This document shows positions 60,301-64,000 of a DNA stretch of 64,000 nucleotides, piece by piece. The notes beneath the pieces are model-generated. The model searched no databases. It was not told the DNA's origin and saw only the letters and a program-made list of their open reading frames with translations. The position numbers and the translations under genes are program-made. Source of the stretch: an uncultured virus (IMG/VR IMGVR_UViG_3300028844_006632) (lineage: Duplodnaviria > Heunggongvirae > Uroviricota > Caudoviricetes); IMG/VR virus record IMGVR_UViG_3300028844_006632. One strand, written 5' to 3'. Numbering within the stretch: the stretch's first letter is position 1; each line of letters starts with the position of its first letter.

Positions 60301-63300
60301 GCGTCAACTATATCTTCTTTTTGTTCATCCTCAGGAGCACCTTTTATTAATCCATCCACCTTCCATAGTTTTACATTAAAAGTATAAACTACAAAATCGT
60401 CATCTAGTTTAGGACTTTCTTCATTCTCATTCTCAATAAAATCTTTATCATGAATTAACCAGTCAACATCAATCTGAGGACGAAAGTAGTAATAAATTCT
60501 AGGTTTGTTTGTACCTTGTCGTGTGAACTCCTCTGAAAATCTATCATCCACAACTTTCCAATTGTGAAGAGTTTCGTCTCCGTTTTCTATTCTGTAATAT
60601 AATATACCCTGATTCCCCACCATGAATTTAGGATCATCTCGTTCTCGTGAATGTTGTATTTTATAGGTGGTTGATTTTATATCTGTATCAATTTCTATAT
60701 ATGGTAATCCGTCTACCGAAGTATCTGTTGAAGTCATATCTGCGTTTCTAACATCAAGTTGGTTTAATACTTCCATATATTCACTCGTAGTATTGCTCTT
60801 TGTTATAGTCGCAAAAAACTTTGTAAATGTCGGTGTGGGTGTTGCGGTAGGTTTGATTACTTCAAATAAAAGTGATGTCTGTGCATCTACTTTCTCGGAA
60901 GGATCAATTTTTGGACTTGTATTTACATTATCCTTGTAATACCTAAGATATAATTTGTACAAATAATGGTCATCTTTAGTTTCAGATATTCTACTACTTG
61001 TATTATCATGGTGAGGATAAAATATATAAAATATATAACTTCCACGTGATACAGGTCCGATTTTATTTCCATCTTTTACGGGTTTCCAATCCGGTTCAAT
61101 TGTTGATAAATCCTTATTCGCACCGTCCTCAAGAATATAATACTCCCACATGGGATTCTCCTTTGCCTTCGTTCCATCATCAGGACGTGAAACTGAGATA
61201 CCTGTCAATCCATTATCTGTCCGGTGGTCTATTTCACAAGTTTCACTTTGTTGATCAAAATCTATAATACAATAACTTAAATTTTCAAGTGAAGTTGGTG
61301 ATTGAACCTCGTCATATCGACTCGTTGTTGAAAATATACCGTTTAAAGCTACATTTTCGTCGGTATCCGTATATACTATTTTAATTTCTGAACTAAAATC
61401 TGTAAATGTAGGAGTAGGTGTGGGTGTTGATTGTAACACTAAAAAGTTTATAGTTTCCTCAGATGCTATATCTTTATCTCCCTCGATTTTCTTTCGTGTT
61501 TCATCTTTATTCAAGATTACTTTTAAACTATATAATCTGTCTTCATACTCATCATCATCATATCTAGTAGATCGTGTTTCAAGTTTACCGTCAATGTCAT
61601 ATTGATGATATAATTCATAATATATTCTCGCACCTTTTCTTACTACAATTTCTTTGTCAGTAAGAGGTCTCCAAACAATTTCTGTTGTTGGTGTGGGTGT
61701 GGGTGTTTTGCTTTTTGTTGGTGTTTTAGTTGGAGTTGGAGATGGTAATAAAGTTGGTGTGGGTGTTGGTACATCATCTAATCGTTTCATTACGTTTACC
61801 GCAGGTTCCGAAATTGTAAAGTTTCCTTCATAACAAACTCCTTTATCGGTAATGAATCTTATTGTATCATCTTGGTTAACTCGAATATTAAGATTTAAAG
61901 TCAACCCTCCCTTTGAAAAGTCTTCAGTTTCAAATGGAAATAAATATTGATCTGAGTAGATTGTTCGGTCTTTAAATTCGTTCCAACAAAGTGTTCCATT
62001 GGTAGATGCAGTTCCACCAATTCCATTTAGTGTTCCGGCAAAATCACCTTCATATGCTCGTAGACTCAAAGAAAAATCATCACAACACTCTTTAATTATC
62101 GAAGGAGTTATTGTTGGGGTCGGTGTAGTTGATTTAGTGGGTGTTGGTGTATCACTCGGTGTAGGTGTGGGTGTTTTAGTTGGAGTGGGAGAAGGTGTTG
62201 GAGTTGGAGTAGCATCAGGATAAGCAACACTATATTTAAACAAATAATTTCCATCTGTATTTGTGAAGTGGTTTGTTTCGTGTGTTAATATAGCAATTTC
62301 ACTTTTCTCATCCATTTCTATTTCAATATAATGAAGTTCTTCCAACGACATAGATGCTTGTGTTATTGTTAACCGACTATATTCTGCAAATATTTTATAT
62401 TCGTCTTCTTCAGAAATGATATTACCCAGAGTATCTTTATGGTAAAGTTCACGAGAAAAAGAAGTAAAAGTTGGTGTTTTAGTTGGAGTTTTTGTTGGAG
62501 TTGGAGTTTTGGTTGGTGTTGGTGTTGGTGTCGGAGTTGGTGTTGCACACGTTTCGGTCATTATAGAACCAAATTTGCCAAAATTTTGTATATCAAATAT
62601 TTTCCAACTTCTTGCTAAATGTGGGTATTCTGAATTATCAAATGTAAAATAAGCATATTTGGATACTCCCCATTCAAGTTCTTCAGTTTCGGTATTTAGT
62701 TTATCTTTTTTACGATAACTTACTACCCAATAATCACCTTGCCACCAAATTGTTGCTTGTAAGTTGGGGTTATATACTCCTGTATATGCGTCTTTCTCAA
62801 CGTCCCACGCAGACCAATATAAACTTTTTCCGTTGTATAATCTTCCTTGACGATAATAAAAACCATTTATATCTAATCCACCTTCAAGTTTTATATGAGT
62901 TAAACATAAAGTGTCCGAATTAAAATAATCACAATTTTTGCTTTTAATATTTGGTTCAAGTGGTTCGTCCTGTGTTCCTTCGAATACTTGTGCTAATTTC
63001 CAATCTTCAATTTCATGTGGACTTAATACATAATCATCTGAATAATACATTTCAATCCACTCGGTTGTAATTTCATCATCTAGTTTTTGTGAATATTGAA
63101 TTTGCCAACGATTATCTAACCAAATTATTCTCCAACTTGTTTTTTCGTTATCACCCTCAAGTGAGTTGTATCGTACACGACCTCCAAAAAATGTAATGTT
63201 TTTAAAAAATGTTTTGTTTATGTTGTTTGTTTCGTTTCCTGCACTTACGCACAATTCCGCAGGATACGAATAATTCTTAAGCAATAAATCAAGTGTGTTT

Positions 63301-63962
63301 GTATCTTCATAGTTAATGAATGATCCGGATTGAGGATTTTCACTAAAGTTTTTAAATTTAAATAACTCTGATGATTTATCTTCATTGTCTTCTGCTACAT
63401 TATGATTACTCAGCACCCAATGACCATTCAATGATCTCTCGTAATGAATCCAAATCTTACCCACATACTCTGAATTCCATGAGGTTTCTTGACTTTCAAG
63501 ACAATTTGTATTTTTTCTTGGATCGTGACGATCACAAGTTTTCATATACACAGGACGATTGTTATGAAAAGATGTAGTCATTGTATAAATTCCATATACA
63601 ATTTCACCTGCATAACGAGTTTGTGGGTATTTTACAACAATTCTCTCAGGGTAATTTGGTATAATTCGTCCTGAGTCTTTATCTGCATCTGCTATAATAG
63701 CACTATCTATGTATAATTTTTCTTCGTTGAAACTTTCACGTACAATTTTGTTTCCAGTTCCACATCTTAATATATGAGGACTCTTTGTCCGAGATGTCTT
63801 AGTATCCAAGTATCGTTTCTGTCTATTTACAGGAACTCCCCATTGATGTGCCAATTCTGCGGTTACATTATCTTCAGGTAAACCACTAAGTATTGTAGTT
63901 TTACACTCAAACGGATATGCTGAAATCCATACAAGTGCCTGATTACCTTCTAAATTAGCCAT
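54354..63962 (-). CDS. Giant (3202 aa) Ig-like/FN3 repeat protein with a divergent shared N-terminal module and PT linkers (putative fibre)
   Basis: LVWISAYPFEC...LRCGTG...DSGRIIPNYPE; ECCDDF...LCWNE...GVCYEG. The C-terminal half is tandem roughly 100-aa repeats (TPTN-x-P-x-W-x-W...Y-x-L-x-V-x-A-x-D-x-A-x-N...YDT). Confidence 0.85.
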   Translation of the reverse strand: MANLEGNQALVWISAYPFECKTTILSGLPEDNVTAELAHQWGVPVNRQKRYLDTKTSRTKSPHILRCGTGNKIVRESFNEEKLYIDSAIIADADKDSGRIIPNYPERIVVKYPQTRYAGEIVYGIYTMTTSFHNNRPVYMKTCDRHDPRKNTNCLESQETSWNSEYVGKIWIHYERSLNGHWVLSNHNVAEDNEDKSSELFKFKNFSENPQSGSFINYEDTNTLDLLLKNYSYPAELCVSAGNETNNINKTFFKNITFFGGRVRYNSLEGDNEKTSWRIIWLDNRWQIQYSQKLDDEITTEWIEMYYSDDYVLSPHEIEDWKLAQVFEGTQDEPLEPNIKSKNCDYFNSDTLCLTHIKLEGGLDINGFYYRQGRLYNGKSLYWSAWDVEKDAYTGVYNPNLQATIWWQGDYWVVSYRKKDKLNTETEELEWGVSKYAYFTFDNSEYPHLARSWKIFDIQNFGKFGSIMTETCATPTPTPTPTPTKTPTPTKTPTKTPTFTSFSRELYHKDTLGNIISEEDEYKIFAEYSRLTITQASMSLEELHYIEIEMDEKSEIAILTHETNHFTNTDGNYLFKYSVAYPDATPTPTPSPTPTKTPTPTPSDTPTPTKSTTPTPTITPSIIKECCDDFSLSLRAYEGDFAGTLNGIGGTASTNGTLCWNEFKDRTIYSDQYLFPFETEDFSKGGLTLNLNIRVNQDDTIRFITDKGVCYEGNFTISEPAVNVMKRLDDVPTPTPTLLPSPTPTKTPTKSKTPTPTPTTEIVWRPLTDKEIVVRKGARIYYELYHQYDIDGKLETRSTRYDDDEYEDRLYSLKVILNKDETRKKIEGDKDIASEETINFLVLQSTPTPTPTFTDFSSEIKIVYTDTDENVALNGIFSTTSRYDEVQSPTSLENLSYCIIDFDQQSETCEIDHRTDNGLTGISVSRPDDGTKAKENPMWEYYILEDGANKDLSTIEPDWKPVKDGNKIGPVSRGSYIFYIFYPHHDNTSSRISETKDDHYLYKLYLRYYKDNVNTSPKIDPSEKVDAQTSLLFEVIKPTATPTPTFTKFFATITKSNTTSEYMEVLNQLDVRNADMTSTDTSVDGLPYIEIDTDIKSTTYKIQHSRERDDPKFMVGNQGILYYRIENGDETLHNWKVVDDRFSEEFTRQGTNKPRIYYYFRPQIDVDWLIHDKDFIENENEESPKLDDDFVVYTFNVKLWKVDGLIKGAPEDEQKEDIVDAQKDISWQILRATPTPTPTPTFNEFVTKLTLNNDDIYYVENVVPDINEGDAWKSDLNLIYCEIDVDEKTKTSSITHEYNTSSSLWLYFHAKHDEPTNGSWKVVDKQKIDVGDGDRIYYYLSYINYNAIGKTLNVASYSLSLTSTLTKKRDDAHLGKEVTTTDTVNITSRVYYAPNHPVPTTRNNPTSTLKPRWSWDGITQNVHNGDVEILKYYIYTGLKNKLSLHAIYSYSSSGTLQIQDEKGVNQSWGGLDKGRYYIDINEGTYTESDTYQIFIRAETKEGAFSALEDDNTNSGKAEVVINTEGGEGVSITPPSIIGVNEYTWKFDHAPNENENLTASKYILEFFNYFKNKKGAPDLSSTKTFTAGTDYNKNTSLTLEYTTSNLGDNFYRLVVKSYSSTTPPVETTSESGFLYVDTTNPSIPILAVASDITTTHNDKNYINAPEIKWEWTDRTDDAISDTIDFKKVNKYNVTLTKGNESAISVSDVDDGNDADTRSYTYAIPNNETTKIQSYTLKVIAEDEVGNKSSEASNTIYYDNTIPYDYEISFLSDTDDSGDESNLGTLSWRIKETPTTSLNELYFAETYQVNLMKDLTTIVSKTITRSKMNSVTGSTNSVQTIVSFTEHTPSQGNYKIIVTATNKLNAQLEKSSPLIKYDSVSPVFSFRDVTTPTNEDPEWSFNRLSDYYRCVITYEEDGLEKIILDGKFDSPDKIIDKQYGEYDVINGDERFFISKRNNISGESYFINVEVFDSANNTTNKRKSPQILYDDKIEDVGFDAVTTPTNNDPVWTWTHNNDYDKYTIKLETTDSTQILANEKTRTELNNLNDFTDDGNRIKYTKTEATDGVTYTLVITATDKASNTSNASRKSITYDTTASAIAFDNNLKNHTNGNPIWTWKHNTDLKKYTFSLNDQQTTTIEYSELTGNTLFDENAGISVTDNTIKVTLTKGLVTNTSYTLSIIGTDGANNNTSEISHSITYDTSVPVFVFDDSTSPTNQEPTWKWTHDNDWNEYIISDNQFSTTLLSAKYSAIENNTDLDIYTLNKNGNNFTLKRTKNLNSNTTYPIGIKVKDLADNTSSAVYKSIIYDITSPNVISLTGENPTNKNPVWSWNHNIDYYEYTIVADDTEIVSGTHNSLSANPNTNTQGDYKLTFNNNKYSVEKTSNNTSDVLYKLRVDAKDLAGNKSTGNEYTILYDTTAPDALTITNNGPYTKNNPEWSWTHTDDVKKYELYYSEYNSDLVRVVEFIDTSNFSSVNDLKLEITGTKYTISKTDPEHGKKYNIGIAILDELENRTPEGSDIPTPSSVTFDDQGPADLSLNVTPDSEYTKTNPSFSWSASDAPSGVSGYEVSLTKPNTSNTTLSDDFNTKTLLTSTTINADKFGEYTLKVIAYDNAGNFSEKEKGITYDATPPNVNFSDDTLAEGSFTSNDIKWTWTITDDTQFTQQVSLNDNNLGVNNDTRIYTLPKERDNGLYTLKVKVTDSANNTKTITRRINLDTINPSLSWTDGKNNNTKISGDLTWTWSVNELNIESQTVKLNNEIISDVDESDGSYTITEGDEPDGVYKLEVTVTDKADNSSTIEKTFTLDTTGPNITSITSTSPTNTSPTWKIKPADTSDVSKLKISKRKNGVKFGEDEEFTDNNLTYQDSEFTYSLENLETNNTDDDGDYSIIVTAYDELNNAGDEKTSSDIIYDRALPTITLTNTANTNDNSTIGIVDKKQTFNYTIQDTVSLKSDSIEIALESPTGSSADITSSVPTTTKTEQTGTLEFTCDENGDYKITINANDDAGNSAIEKTFTITYDKTAPTAPSPSTTTPSLTNSSTIEYTWEAVDGATEYEVVVKTDDTEADAVSTDTTNSYTITTVDNKTYSIKVRAKDEVGNWSDYSTFTSTTEVDKTAPTLTITDADATTNNSAIAWSFTKDADATIEGEIKSKPSSSNVTNVTISGNSASITADIDGDYSIQLTATDSAGNTTTQTSNLVTYDTTE

Positions 63963-64000
63963 AATATATAAATATAAACGTTTTTAATACTTACCAACAA

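Noticed and set aside
1..64000. Stop-codon reassignment, as in some jumbo phages
   Set aside because: Conserved enzymes are full length in code 11, and TAG and TGA both serve as real stops (cca ends TAG; ATGA overlaps at 13129 and 53275).
1..64000. Eukaryotic giant virus or ordinary bacterial chromosome
   Set aside because: tmRNA, sigma70 promoters, SD sites and coupled genes indicate bacterial machinery. The gp62-like and gp1-like genes, the lack of signal peptides on adhesin-like proteins and isolated housekeeping genes outside their usual operons favour a phage. This is not proven without hallmark virion genes.

Overview
AT-rich, densely coding window with all credible genes but one on the minus strand. 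It is best read as part of a large (jumbo, T4-like gene content) bacteriophage genome. The evidence is a gp62-like clamp-loader subunit, a dNMP kinase, sigma70-type promoters, a recurring phage-type upstream motif, and scattered auxiliary genes: tmRNA, ClpC, CCA-adding enzyme, GuaC, PPase, NUDIX, a 2OG-Fe dioxygenase and a PLP enzyme. No capsid, terminase or polymerase gene is in view, so the phage call is an inference. Most of the window encodes a paralogous family of putative virion or surface proteins (160 to about 3200 aa). They share a roughly 100-aa Cys/Trp module (GWYG-x-C...C-x2-F-x-L...L-x-CG-x2-Y...D-x-G-x-L) joined by Pro-Thr linkers to varied cargo (LamG, RCC1, FG-GAP, FN3, Ig-like, C39-like and S8 proteases, cupredoxin-like), and one member begins with a dockerin-like sequence. 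Other highlights are: a complete tmRNA with an unusually long 29-aa tag and a paired leader/trailer; a TATTTATA motif a few bases upstream of about 15 start codons; a shared N-terminal (K)LKDLLxE leader on otherwise unrelated enzymes; a 29-bp duplication that frameshifts an S8 protease-cupredoxin fusion; and two small membrane ORFs missing from the ORF track. All family calls come from motif recognition by eye, with no database searches.
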